64,000 bases of DNA from Octopus sinensis (Eukaryota). Of this stretch, positions 25,571 through 39,128 are shown in pieces. The notes below the pieces were generated by a model that was not told the origin of the DNA, did no database searches, and saw only the letters and a list, made by a program, of their open reading frames with translations. The translations under genes were made by a program, and so were the position numbers. The stretch is taken from contig NC_042997.1 of the NCBI RefSeq assembly GCF_006345805.1, forward strand, positions 133,176,001 through 133,240,000. Direction: 5' to 3'. The stretch's first letter is position 1. Every line of letters begins with the position of its first letter.

Positions 25571-26525
25571 GTCAGAATTATGAAAACACAATGCCCGAGC
25601 AGTTAACAAAGAAACTGCTTGAAAACTTGGTATAATTTTGTCCTTTTTTGGCAGGTATCGGTCTGCACTATATGGTTTGCAAACTAATATTTTTGCAATG
25701 AAGCTTTTTTCCTCATGCACCAAGCTACTACAGGACACAGTACAAAGGTGGCAGGATAGATTCTATCCTTCAACAGAAAGCACAGAAGATTGTTGTTCTT
25801 GTAGAGTACATCTTCCATACGGACTTCTAAATACAACAACGGTCACCAAACGATTAACTTAATAACGGATTTAGAAGCAATCTAATGATGTTACGTAAAA
25901 CAAAAGACTCTATGCAACAGTTGAGCTACTGGAAGACGTTGAAATCACAACAGTGATGTATATATGAACGACTCTAGAAGTGCAAGTACCAAATTTCGGT
26001 ATTCAGAGCTACACTATTCCCGTGAATTACTTGCTATTGCATAGTCATGGATTTCCAACCTTTTTCCAAGCGGAAGTCAGAACCACATGCTGTCAGTTTT
26101 GGGTTCACAGATTTTCGATATTCTAATAAGTAAATGGAGTGTTTCCAAATGATATTAAAGAAATGTGCAGATGCTGGACGGGAGATTACTTACACTGGAA
26201 GGGGGATCACTCGGCTCACACCCACTCCCACATACCCCACATCTACCCCCACCCACTACCTACCCACATACACCCCCTCTACCCCCACCCTCAGCCTAAC
26301 CCACACCCCACCCTTGCTTTCCCCATTCTCGCTTCCCTCACCTCCCAACACCATCATACCACACCACACACCACTACACCATACACCACCATACCACACA
26401 ACACATCACATCACTACACACCAGCACTGACCACTTCCCAGCCCCACATTTTCCCACCTACACATACACACTCACACGTCAAGATCACGAGCCCTCTTCC
26501 ACACGCCCATACAGGCTCTCTTATG

Positions 26526-26556
<31 letters not shown>

Positions 26557-26634
26557 TTTCGTTTTGGTAACACCTCTACTTTATTATCTTCCCTTCTTCC
26601 TAGATCTCCTGTGTGACAATTCTGTTCGGCATTC

Positions 26635-26815
26635 GCCATGATAGATCGCTAACTACTACACATTCTTTATTTTCTCTCCTTGTTTCTTTCTGTGTTCCTT
26701 TCTGTGGAAGAGCGTAGGCTCGAAACGTTAAGGACTTTTTCACTTCCCGAGCGTAATACATGTTTTTTGTCTACACCACCTGTCTTCGTCTCTTGTTTTT
26801 TTTTTATTCTCCCTA
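26635..26815 (+). mobile_element. Family P1 unit with hammerhead-like motif (CTGTGGA core)
   Basis: 26694-26735: gttccttt CTGTGGA a gagc gtag gctc GAAA cgTT aaggac. Confidence 0.8.
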
Positions 26816-26871
26816 CATATATATTATAGGTAAATGCTGGCAAAGACATTTATGAATATATATATACATAC

Positions 26872-26962
<91 letters not shown>

Positions 26963-26973
26963 TAGATAGATAG

Positions 26974-27025
<52 letters not shown>

Positions 27026-27505
27026 GATAGATATATAGATAGATAGATAAGTGTATTTATTTCTGTGTATGTGTAAGAGTGGGTGTATGCGTGTGGGCGT
27101 ACTTCGCCTCCGGGTACTTATAAACTAATGCATAAGCAAATATATCTGTATCTTTATCTAACCGTGTATCAATATTTATATCTATAATCCAAGTTAGGTC
27201 GTTCACTCTTTTTCAGGCCATGATGAAATCAGCAGGAAAAAAAAAAGACATGTTTACAATTGTCAATTTATATTTACGCATTAAAGCAGCTTCGGGTAAA
27301 ATATTGTTCTATTTCTGAAAACATATGGATTTATCCTATATCTCAATTGTTTACAGCTACATTTCATAGTAAAACACACACACACACAATCATACTTACA
27401 GACATACATATACACATACTCGCATGCACATGTAAGTGTATAGAACAACCGACGCAAATTTAGCGTATAGACACAGATTTTCAACAGATAAAAATTTGAA
27501 GAGTT

Positions 27506-27670
27506 GGCGCAGGCGTGCTTGTGTGGTAAGAAGCTTGTTTCCCAACCACATGGTTCCAAGTTTAGTCCCATTGCGCGGCACGTTGTGCAAGTGCCTTCTG
27601 CTATAGCCTCGGTCCGATCAAAGCCTTGTGAGTGGATTTGATTAATGGAAACTGAAAGAAGCCTGTCGTA
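27506..27670 (+). mobile_element. SINE family A, 5' half
   Basis: ggcgcaggcgtgcttgtgtggtaag... to aagaagcctgtcgtata. Confidence 0.85.
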
Positions 27671-27684
27671 TATATATATATATA

Positions 27685-27785
27685 TATCTGTAAATGTAAT
27701 ATGTGACAATTATTCGGTAGCCAAGATAAAACTCGGAGTTTTATCTTGGCTACCGAATAATTGTCACTTATTACATTTACAGATA
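27685..27785. repeat. Near-perfect palindrome, 50-bp arms, 1-nt centre
   Basis: Centre at 27735 (aaaactc g gagtttt). Inner 32 bp perfect; a single T-T mismatch at 27702/27768. Confidence 0.97.
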
Positions 27786-27879
27786 AATTCCTCTATTTAC
27801 GTAATATCGAGGCCTCTTTCTTTCTTTTGTTATATTACTGTTTTTATCAATATATATACATACATATATATATATAATA

Positions 27880-28290
27880 CAAAAATGGGACAAGAACGCA
27901 AAACATCCAAACAATTAGGTGAAACAAAAAAGGGAAAAAAACCAAATATCCTGATAGACGATACAAGAAAAACAAGAACGGATCATTCGGAGTTTTCTAT
28001 CCTCAGTCGAGTTCCAGATTGTCATTGCAATTTCGGCTGGTTATACTCGAGATTGCTCCAATCTGATCAGCCCCAAGGAAAAATAAGCTAAGGGCATTAC
28101 ATTCCTTGGAAGAAAGCAGCGAATGCATACAAAAACAAGGACGGAAAAAACAACAGAGAAATGTTACGCAAATACAAATAACAGGACATAACAACAGGTG
28201 TCTTTCGACTAAGAACGAATTAAATTATATCGTCCTGACTTTTCTCATTGGTGATGCTGTTCCCTATATAGGTACAATTGTAATTCTTTC
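27880..28290 (-). mobile_element. Non-coding repeat family P2 (putative PLE-terminal)
   Basis: Homologous to 57590-57915 and 56135-56320: gtcgaaagacacctgttgttat..., aacc.gc.gaaa.tg.aa.ga...tctg.aa.t.gactga. Confidence 0.6.
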
Positions 28291-28406
28291 CCACTAGGCT
28301 CCGATGCAGTTAGGCATTCCACTATGAGGCGTTTGCATCTATAGCAGATATAGATGTAAGCTAATGAAAATTAGAAGATAATCATTTATTCCTTTGTCAA
28401 CTCTAT

Positions 28407-28438
<32 letters not shown>

Positions 28439-28589
28439 ATATATATTATATATATATCTTTATTCCTTTGTCATCTCTCTCTCGTTCGTATATATATAAT
28501 ATGTGTGTGTGTTGTGTGTGCGCGCGCGCGCGTGTGTGTGTGTGGTAGGTGTGTGTGCGTGCGTATATTTATATATAGATGGATATTTC

Positions 28590-28755
28590 ACAAAGGGGTT
28601 TCAGTTTCAGTCTATGTCTATTAAATCCATTCACAAAGATTTGGTCGACCCGAGGCTATAAGGGAAGACATTTGATCGAGGTTTCACACAGTGGGACTGA
28701 ACCCAGTACCATGTGGTTAGGAAACAAACGACTTACCACAGAGCCACTCCAATGC
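28590..28755 (-). mobile_element. SINE family A, degraded 5' half
   Basis: aaatccattcacaaagatttggtcgacccgaggctata...cagtgggactgaaccc. Confidence 0.75.
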
Positions 28756-30577
28756 CTACCTTTTACTATTCTTCTTTTAATTGTGCAGACAATGGGCTAC
28801 AGCCATGTTAGGCACAATTTTCAAAACACTGCATTTAAATCAAATTTATCGATCAGACTTCTTAGGCTATTTCTATCGATCTCTATTTATCATATGGCTC
28901 AGTTCACTTACTGAGTTTATGTAGCTAACCCCTCCCCCTCATGCAGTAAATACCGCAAGGAATTTACAGATTCTGATGAAGACACAGACACCTACCTTTG
29001 TCAGGAATCATTATTTATTTTTACTAATTACAACTGAAAATAGCGTTGATTCATTTAAGGTGGAAGGAGTAATTAGTTCATACAGTCAAGATGGTATCCT
29101 CAAAAACAAAATATCAGCAGTTTCTCTCTTTCTTCTCTCTCTCTCTCTTTTCTTTATAATCTTTCTCTCTTCTTCTTTTCTCTCTCTCACCCTCTCTTTC
29201 GCTCTCTCTCTTTCCTTCTCACTTAATCTCCTTTACTATGCTTTTTTAAAACTTTTTCCTTTTGTTATGCTGTATCTCTAATCTGATGATTAATAATATG
29301 TCGCTCAATGAATTAATTGGTGTAGGACACAGAAAGGAAGAGAAAGAGGGCGAAAGAGAGAGAGAAAGAAAGAAAGGGAGACAAAATAGAGAGGACGAGA
29401 GACACAGAGAGAAAGTGTGAATGAGAAAGAGAAAGAAAGAAAGAGAGAGGGAAAGAAAAAGAAAGAAAGGCAGAGAAAGAGAGAGAGAGAGAGAGAGGAA
29501 GTGAGTGACTATGCTTTTTCGTCAAGACTAACAAACATTATTACGATTTGATTGATTAAAAAAAAATCTACATATATAAATCATAACAACAATAAAAAGC
29601 AATTACAATTACAAGGATGTCAATGTAAATGGATAGAGGGGGGGATAGTGTAGGGGGGGCATTCTAGAAGTATTGACAACAACAATAGATGGCGTTAAAT
29701 GAGATTAGCCATGTAGTGGAAAACAAACGGCAATAGGACATCGATCGTTATTTGGTGAGAAAAATGGGAGAAGAACAGAAAGAAAAAAAAAAGACGAACA
29801 ATTTCATTCAGAAAAGAGGTTTATCGTTCCCTACTAGAAGCTGTACTACTGTAATGGCGACAACCTCCTTCATTCTCCTCATCTTTCAATCTTCGTTTGT
29901 TTTCTTCTTATTTCTTCGTTCTTTGTTCATTCCTCTACTTTCTCCAGCATCCTAAATCTTGGCTGAATAGGAAAAGCAGAACTGTAGTCTTTTCTTCTTT
30001 ACTTTCTATCTTTGTTTTTTTTTTTTAAATTTACTTTTTTGTCATTCTTTCATTTTCTTGCTATTCATTTTCCTTTTCTCCTCCTTTATCTCATTATTCA
30101 TTTTCTCCTTCGCACCTCGTCATTTACTCCTCTTCCTTCTTCACACTCGCTCCGTTTTCTTCTTTTTCAATTTGGTTGACTCCATTTCTTCTGTAGAAAT
30201 GTGTGAATGTAAGGCTGTTCGACTCCAGCCAAATGTGTATAGCATTCGATCTGCACTTTGCCTATTTTTATGAAGGTGATATTATACCGGAGCCGAAGAC
30301 ATTAGTGCAAACCTTGATGATTTTTTGACGGGTCTCAATGTTGTCTCCTTATTGATAATAATGTGTTCAAACCAAATGATGATATTTTGAACTAATTTAT
30401 TAACACACGTTTCAGGTTTGTGTCATATGAAATAGGAAATGCATTCATTACATAAAGAAATCTTCCTTGGTTGAAATGTTTTAACTGAAGAAGGTTAACG
30501 TAATGGATGTATTTCCTATTATATAATACTCAAAACTGAAACGTTCATATTAAATGATTTCAAAATATTACTATACC

Positions 30578-30763
30578 TGGCTGCGTGGTAAGAAGTTTGC
30601 TTCCCAACCACATGGTTCCGTGTTCAATCTCAGTGTGGTGCTTGAGCAACTATGTTATATATACCCTCGGAGCGAGCAAATTATTTGTATATATGTATAT
30701 ATATAAATATATATATATATATTAATATATATATATATATATATATAGATATATATATATTGT

Positions 30764-30801
<38 letters not shown>

Positions 30802-30848
30802 GTGTGTATACATATATATATATACATTTATATATATACACAAACACA

Positions 30849-30894
<46 letters not shown>

Positions 30895-31145
30895 TATATA
30901 TTACATATCTCTGTGCATGCGTGCGTGTGTGTGTGTGTGTTTATCTGTCTTTCTTTGTCCCCCATCACCGCTTGAAAACCAGTGTTGCTGTGTTTACCCG
31001 TAACTTAGCGGTTTGGCAAAAGGAACCGATATAATAAGTACCAGGCTAAAAACAAAGGAAGGTACTGGGGGGTCAATTTGGTTGACTAAAATTTTTAGTG
31101 TCCCTGGATGGCAGCAGCCTAATGACTGCAACAAGCGAAAGAGAA
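30578..31145 (+). mobile_element. SINE family A, degraded, with expanded internal microsatellite
   Basis: Head tggctgcgtggtaagaagtttgcttcccaaccacatggttcc and tail half accgcttgaaaacc...aaccgat..aataagtacc. Confidence 0.7.
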
Positions 31146-32491
31146 AAAAGTTTTGATTTGACTTCATCATTACAATTTACACGAGTCGATGCCAATGGAA
31201 GTTGGTCGGTCTGGACTCCATTTATGCGGATACTCTAACAACGATTTGGAATAGTTTGTTATATTTGACACGAGTCGAAAAATCTGGTACCATGCACTGT
31301 TACTTGGCATAACATGAACTACATACATACATGCATACATACACGCATGCATGAATGCATGCAACTATATGCATGAGAATACATACATAAAGCAAAACAT
31401 ACAAATCTGCTCATATACATACATACATACATACATACATACATACATACATACATACATACATACATACATACATACATACATACATACATACATAAAT
31501 ACGTACATACATACACACATCGAAAATACCCTGTTTATGTTGAAATTCGAATGAAGGAGTCTTGGATCTAGGTTAGAAGCCGGTTCTTTCTCTATTGGCA
31601 AGAAATCTTGAAATAAAACTGAATAATGATACCACCCATACACACACCCACACACACACCACACACAAAAACATCACACACAAACATCACACACAAACAC
31701 ACACACATATATGTATATATATAAGTATGTATGTATGCATGGATGGATGGATGGATGGATGGATGGATATGAATATATATGATATATATATATATATATA
31801 TATATATTAACGGGAAGCTTTATGAAAATAAACAAAAGACGAAGGCAGGTGGAAAACAAACGAACAATTGTATTATTAGGCGCTCAGGAAATATAAATAA
31901 AACAAGTATATATATATATATATATATACGCCGTATTTATGACTGAATATTTAGCAGTACTTAACTTAAATTTCTAACATACTGATAGTTTATTACAAAC
32001 ATTTGCTCTCACTTAGATACCGAATTTAATTGTGTCTATTCACAAAATCTTTCAAACGCCGAGTCGCAAAAGACACTTCTGTGTCTGCTGCAGAGTTTCT
32101 AAAAACGTAATTTAAGAATGTGTCCATAGCAATACTGAGTGTCTGGACTTTTTAGTAATTGATACTTTACTGTGCACAAATAAGAATACGGAAATACGGT
32201 AAGCAATGGTTTTTGACACTTTTAAAACCTGTTTTATTTTAATCTTTCCATCGACAGTTACTTTGTAGTTGATCCCCAATCCTCAAGAAAATTGAGATCC
32301 CCCAAGTATAACCTATTAGAGCTCATGCTAAGATATCCTGCCACTACTGGTATTGTCTTTCCACTTTGATAAACAATTTATGTAGTCTATTGTCACTGAA
32401 GAGAATGTATCACTTCAGGGCTTCAGAGACATAAAAAATATTGTTAGTTCAGTGACGAGACAGCGACGACACTATTATTTTCTCATGCATA

Positions 32492-32715
32492 TAGTTGCAG
32501 AAACGTTAGCGCGCAGGGCGAAATGCTTAGCGGTATTTCGTCTGTCGTTACGTTCTGAGTTCGAATTCCGCCGAGGTTGACTTTGTCTTTCATCCTTTTG
32601 GGGTCGATAAATAAAGTACCAGTTTCGCACTGGGGTCGATGTAATCGACTTAATCCCTTTGTCTGTCGTTGTTTGTCCTCTCTATGTTTAGCCCCTTGTG
32701 GGTTGTAAAGAAATA
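32492..32715 (+). mobile_element. SINE family B
   Basis: Close match to 606-835. Confidence 0.85.
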
Positions 32716-32899
32716 TATATATATATATAGGTACGAGTGTTTATGATTATGTATAGGAAAATATATTACTCAAAGAAATTCTAACTTTGATTTTCACGTT
32801 TTATTTACAATTTTATAATAAGATATTATAACATAGTATAATGTAATGATAAAAATATTAAACGTCCATTCTGATTGAACTAGAACTTTTTGCATTAAA

Positions 32900-33110
32900 A
32901 TATGCCATCTTAAGGTTCATGTAGTAATGGTAACAGTTGTTTTACAAGTTACATCTATGGCGAGATGGCCCCAACAGTGTGCCTTAAATACATTTGTATA
33001 AGCTCCAGAATGTTAACTTTTGCAAACTGTATTCTGACCAATCAGCGTGTGATTTTACTAAACTACTTACGTTGATTGGTGTCTGATTTAGGCGTCACGG
33101 TTTGTTGAAC
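32900..33110. promoter_or_regulatory. Candidate promoter-like motif cluster
   Basis: YY1-like gccatctt (32904), CCAAT at 33039 and inverted ATTGG at 33075, CRE-half-like ggcgtcac at 33091. No transcript evidence. Confidence 0.2.
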
Positions 33111-33637
33111 ATGTCAAGAGACCTGTATTTTGCCCCTGGCCAAAGCAGTTATTGTTGGGCAATTTTTAGGAAACATTTGCCAGGGATTTTTACGTTTCGA
33201 TTATCATCATCATTATCATCTCTATTATTGTTGTTGTTGTTGGTGGTGGTAGTTATGGTGGTGGTAATGGTGGTAGTAGTGATGGTAGGAGTGACTGTGG
33301 TAATAGAACTTTAAATCCAAAATAAGATTATTTTTAATAACTTTTCTCTTGACTTAGCTAGTATTTTCCTGCTATCGTCGTCATGAAAACCTTTAGTATC
33401 GTTGTTGTTGTCAGTGGTAGCGGTCGTAGAAGTAGAAATATTATCTCTAAGCATTAGTATTATTGTTTATTTAGCTTGAGTTGGAATTTATTAATAAAGT
33501 TCTTTTTTTTTTGTTTATATTCGATGTGCTTCGTTTTCCATATTTGTTTCGTTTATTTCTGTTGACATAATTTCAGCTATATTCTAGATTACAAAGAGAG
33601 AGAGAGAGAGAGAGAGATTGAGAGAGAGAGAAAGGGA

Positions 33638-33790
33638 GAGGCTTCTTTCAGTTTCCGCCAACCAAATCCGCTACGAAGGCTTTTGTCGGCCCGTTGCTAT
33701 AGTAGAAGACCTAGCCCCAGGTGCCACACAGTGGGACTGAACTCAGAACCATGTGGCCGGGAAGCAAATTTCCTGCCACACATCCACGCT
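33638..33790 (-). mobile_element. SINE family A, 5' half
   Basis: ggcttctttcagtttccgcc.accaaatcc...gtgccacacagtgggactgaac. Confidence 0.8.
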
Positions 33791-34107
33791 TGCTATATCA
33801 ATGTTTACAATTAGCTGGTCAGTGGAAGACGATTAGAGGTCGTAAAATAACGTACCATTCTCAAACTGGTGAGACTGATGGGCTATATGTTCATCCTGAA
33901 CCTCTGTTAGATCTACAGATAAATGACCGCATGAAAATCGGAGGTGGAGTAAGATATTAGATATCAAGAATATGGTTGGAATATTTGCAATAAGCAAATT
34001 TTGCTGAATTTTACAAATGCAGTTCTATATTTAAGAGATGAGGAATTATGTACATTACTTACATTATTTACATTCGACGCATATTTGTCTTCATCTTGTT
34101 TATTATT

Positions 34108-34153
34108 AACACAACGTTTCGGCTGATATACGCTCCATCCTTCTTCAAGTGTC
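34108..34153 (-). ncRNA. Minimal hammerhead, C3U-mutated copy
   Basis: Minus strand: gacac TTGAAGA a ggatggagcgtatatcagcc GAAA cgTT gtgtt. Confidence 0.6.
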
Positions 34154-34408
34154 TTGGGGGAAATTTCGAATCTGGGTTCTCATTCCCAAGGTATTTTTCG
34201 ATGTTATTATTATTATTATTGTTATTGTTGTTGTTGTTGTTTAGGTCACTGCTTGGAATCGAACTCGGAATCTTGGGGTTAGTAACCCGCGCTCTTAACC
34301 ACTACGCCATATGCCCGTGGGCATATGAAGTAGTGGTGACCTCAACAACAATAATAATTATGAAATATTAATAATAATTATAATAATAATAATTATTATT
34401 ATAATAAC

Positions 34409-34455
<47 letters not shown>

Positions 34456-34504
34456 CATCGAAAAATACCTTAGGAATGAGAACCTAGGTTCAAAATTTCC
34501 CCAA

Positions 34505-34550
34505 GACACCTGAAGAAGGTAGGAGGGTATATCAGCCGAAACGTTGTGTT
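34505..34550 (+). ncRNA. Minimal type I hammerhead (PLE type)
   Basis: gacac CTGAAGA a ggtaggagggtatatcagcc GAAA cgTT gtgtt. Stem II is weakened relative to the inferred ggctg/cagcc. Confidence 0.7.
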
Positions 34551-35097
34551 AACAACAAGATGAGGACAAATATCCGTCGAATGTAAATAATGTAAATTTA
34601 ACAAATGACTACTTAATAGTCTTTTGATATTTTGCTCGCTCCAAGAATATCAATTCTCACATTATTTATCAGCAACCATATTATATATGATGAAATTTTG
34701 AATTATCTTCTTTTTAGAAAATAATACACTTGGTGTTAGCGGTGCACATATAATTTTTCAAGTCTTTTTTTTCATATTTTCCATTGAACTCCTCGTGTAG
34801 AGCAGCTTTATTCAAGCTGACTAATGTGTAAAAGTGTTACGATGGTAACACCGTCGAAATTTATGATGAGATGTTTCTAAAACTACATTATTACTGTGTC
34901 CCTACTTCTTAAAAACTTTGACAGAACGACATAAGGGAGATATTTAACAAATGCTAATTCTAAGAAGTGAAGCAACCTCGTAGTAGTTCACTTTTCGGTT
35001 CATAATTACCAATGTATGACATATACGACATAGTCATGTTTTCACTTATATTTATTCTGATCTAATTGACAATGTTTTTATATAGGAGTATAGTGAA

Positions 35098-35435
35098 GGC
35101 GCATGGCTCAGTGGTTACAGCGTCGAGGTTACGATCGTGTGGTTGTGAGCTCGAATCCCAGAACGGACTGTGTGTTGTGTTCTTGAGCAAGACACTTTAT
35201 TTCACGTTGCTTCAGGTCACTCAGCTGTAAAATTGAACTGCGACACCACAGGTGCCAAGCTGTATCGGCCTTTGCCTTTCCCTTGGATAACACTGGTGGC
35301 ATGGAGAGGAGAGGCCGATATGCATGGACGACTGCTGGTCTTTCATAAACAACCTTGCCCGGACTTGTGCCTGGGAGGGCAACTCTCTAGGTGCAATCCC
35401 ATAGTCAGTGTCGTGACCGAAGGTGAGTCTCAGAT
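35098..35435 (+). mobile_element. tRNA-derived CORE-like SINE family D
   Basis: ggcgcatggctcagtggttacagcgtcg...gctcgaatccc, ttgagcaagacactttatttc. Homologous to 57929-58258. Confidence 0.85.
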
Positions 35436-36122
35436 ATTATATGCACACCTTATATGCTATAGTGTTTTTAAAATGTAACAAATTTTTAAAATGGAGTATG
35501 TTCTCATCTCCCGTTCCACTCTGCGAAGATGTGTTATTCAGTCTCAGCTTTAGATCCCGTATTGTTTTATCCACATCATATTACAGTCTCGCAGCTCACT
35601 AAATATTGGCCATGTCCTCTAGTTTCTTACCAAATCATCTCTGGGTTTTATTTTCATGTCAGCTCTTGTGAGTTTCATTGCATCACACATCCTTCGGTCG
35701 TAAATATTACTTTCCATATCTTTCAACAGTGGCTCTGCAGTATTGCTTATGCACTACGATACACTAATTTTTTCCTTTTTCATACATTCTCACAACTAAT
35801 AAATTCTTCCATTTTTTTTACATGCTTCGACGATATAATGATTCATACATCGTAATTTTTCGAGTATTCTCATCTTAATCTGATATTCATTTTTTTTTCT
35901 ATTTTAGAATTCTTCAACTATTTCTCAAAAGAGACATGGCTTGTATATTAATGGCTAGAGTTTTCGTTTTAAAGATTAGTCCAGATTTAAACCCTAAAAG
36001 TTCTTTGAAGTATTCTACAATGTCCCTTTATATACATCACAGTCTGTCATATGTAAGTATTCATAACCATATATCTTTACCTAGTTTATGATTTCCATAT
36101 TAATATATATATATATATGTAC

Positions 36123-36196
<74 letters not shown>

Positions 36197-37580
36197 TATA
36201 TACATATATACATATATACATATATATACATATATATATACATACATACATATATATATATAATATATATATATATATTATATTATATATTATATATATA
36301 TATATATACATATTTAAATGCATGCACGCATGACACACACTCACGCACGCATACACACACACACACATACATGTTCGTTTTGACAGCAACACACTATTAA
36401 TACCAGTTCTATTCCAATATCTCAGTAATATCAATGTACTGTTTGTAGTTAAAGCATCTTTTTGATCTTTATTCTTTCCGAATGTATTCATGTCATTCAA
36501 GAAGAGATTATGTACTTTATGCTCATTGCCTTACCATCACAAGAAAGCAGATGGAACAAGTTATCACTCTCAAAGATAATGATTATATATATATATATAT
36601 TTTTTTTTTTAATATTCAGCTTTCCTTTCATCCTTCTGGGATCGATAAAATAAATACCAGCTAAATACTGAATCGTCAATTAATTCTATAACATCTCCAA
36701 TAAATGCACGACCTAGTTTCAATATCAGAAATCATCATTATTGATGGCGTTGCCATTCAGTTTATCGCGTGAAGACGTGCCTTGAAGCAACTCTTATTTG
36801 ACTTATGATAAAATTCGTTTTATCTAACATATACTGGAGATTATTTTATTGCTATTTTATCATGAAATAGAAGCAAAGCTTAATTGTTATATATATATCT
36901 TTTCCATTTAGAAGGATGACATTTTGTTAATTGTTATTTGTTTCTGCTTTCCTGGCAGAAATTTATTCCAATGTGGCTACGATGGTAACAATAGTTGAAG
37001 TAATTCGGAAGAGAGGGAAAGAAAAATTATGAGCAAAATCGACTGCAACACTTACGTGAACAATAATGAGAAGACGAAGAACAAAATCGATAATTGTAGA
37101 AACTTATCATAATCACTGTTATAATATAGTAGTCATAGTAATGGACATTATCTGTGACCTCTGACCTTGTTGGTTATTTTTGGCACCAATGAAAAACTAG
37201 TCTTAGTGTGAGGATTCGAGGGGAGATATTCAACAGTGGTGAATTGAAATGGCATTGCATTACCTTCACTAACGAACACTAGGAATTAATCTAAGCACGT
37301 GTTAATTTTATAGCGCTGTCACTACATAAAACAATCGTTTTTAAACTGTGCTACTTATTGGCAGCTAAGTAATCTGGGCCATTCGAAGACTTTTGGCTAC
37401 AACCATAAACCAGAGCCGACGCCAGGAAGCAAATGAACATCACACTGTTGATTTCCGGTTAACCTGTTCCCTTGTCCATAATAGTACTCACTAGCAGGAA
37501 AACTACAGAACATAACAACAGATATGAAATAAGCAACAGCAGAGTAAACGATAAAATCAAAAACATAACAACATACATTT

Positions 37581-37873
37581 AGGCGCAGGACTGGCTGTGT
37601 GGTGAGTAGCTTGCTTACCATCCACATGGTTCCGGGTTCAGTCCCACTGCGTGCCACCTTGGGCAAGTGTCTTCTACTATAGCCTCGGGCCGACCAAAGC
37701 CTCCTGAGTGGATTTAGTAGACTGAAACTGAAAGAAGCCCGTCGTATATATGTATATAGATATATTTACTGGGCTTCCAAAGAATAAGTCCTGGGGTCGA
37801 TTTGCTCGACTAAAGGCGGTGCTCCAGCATGGCCGCTGTTAGATGACTGAAACAAGTAAAAGAGTAAAAGAGT
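37581..37873 (+). mobile_element. SINE family A with internal deletion
   Basis: Head and tail intact; the middle after the TA microsatellite is missing. Confidence 0.88.
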
Positions 37874-38065
37874 ATATAAATGAAATCACTCAAACACACA
37901 CGGTCGAGCAGTCCAGAAAATTGAATATATCTTCTAAATGAACAGCGTGAAGAGTTATAAAAAAGAAACAATTATGATTAGATATATCTCTCAGTAGATA
38001 AAGACTAAAAGTAGATTTTGAGAATAGTAATAAAAATAATTCATGTTACGTATACACTATAACTT

Positions 38066-38620
38066 GGAGGCTCGTGACTTAGTGGTTAGGGTGTCAGCAT
38101 CATGATCGTAAGATTGTAGTTTCGATTCCTGGACCGGGCGACGCGTTGTGTTCTTGAGCAAAACACATCAATTCACGTTGCTCCTGTCCACTTAGCTAGC
38201 AAAAATGAGTAACGCTGCGATGGACTGGCTTCCCGTCCAGCTGGGGAACACATACGCCATAGAAACCGGGAAATCGGGCCCATGAGCCCGGATAGGCTTT
38301 AAAAAGGGCGCATGTGGAGGCGCAATGGTCCAGTGGTTAAGGCAGCGGACTTGCGGTCGGAGGATCGCGATTTCGATTTCCAGACCGGGCGTTGTGTGTG
38401 TTTATTGAGCGAAAACACCTAACAGCTCCACGAGGTTCCGACAGGGAGTGGTGGCGACCCCTTTTGTACTCTTTCGCCGCAACTTTCTCTCACTCTCTCT
38501 TCCTGTTTCTTGAGTAGCGCTGCGATGGACTGGCGTCCCGTCCAGCTGGAGGGAACATATACGCCACAGAAATCGGGAAAGCGGGCCCATGCGCCTGGCC
38601 AGGCTTGAAAAGGGCGATGT
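38066..38620 (+). mobile_element. Tandem SINEs: family E (38066-38312) then family C (38315-38620)
   Basis: Two tRNA-like heads. Both end with the gcgatggactggc.tcccgtccagctgg..aaca.atacgcca.agaaa..ggg module. Confidence 0.85.
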
Positions 38621-38956
38621 TTTTATCGTTATATACTATAACAGGCGAGGATCCGTTTAAAATAGTAAACATTATTTTTATTCAAATAAAAAATAGATGA
38701 AGGAAAGAGAAAGGTTTACGTTAATGTCCTTACAGTGGAGTAAAAGACTGAAGTGAGAGTAATGTCAGCATTTGTAGAGAGGATCCTTTGTCGATGGCTA
38801 TATATTTCAGTGAAAGGATCAACGTTAGGATATTCTACCCTTAAAAAGCACAAAGATGCAGGATGTGAGATTGGTAGTGAAAGGTACGTAACTGAAATGT
38901 TCTTTATGTGAAAAGAATGACAGATAGATAGATGGATAGATCTTTGTTATATGTGT

Positions 38957-38994
<38 letters not shown>

Positions 38995-39048
38995 TGTATG
39001 TATGTTTGTATGTATGTATGTATATACATACATACATACATACATACA

Positions 39049-39128
<80 letters not shown>

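Noticed and set aside
30197-30330. Candidate exon after ttcttctgtag (…YEGDII…)
   Set aside because: No recognisable domain, no partner exons, and the short open frame is expected by chance.
37397-37560. Candidate minus-strand exon (YYYGQGNRLTGNQQC)
   Set aside because: In-frame stop before any donor site, no convincing family match, and the listed ORF begins inside a SINE.
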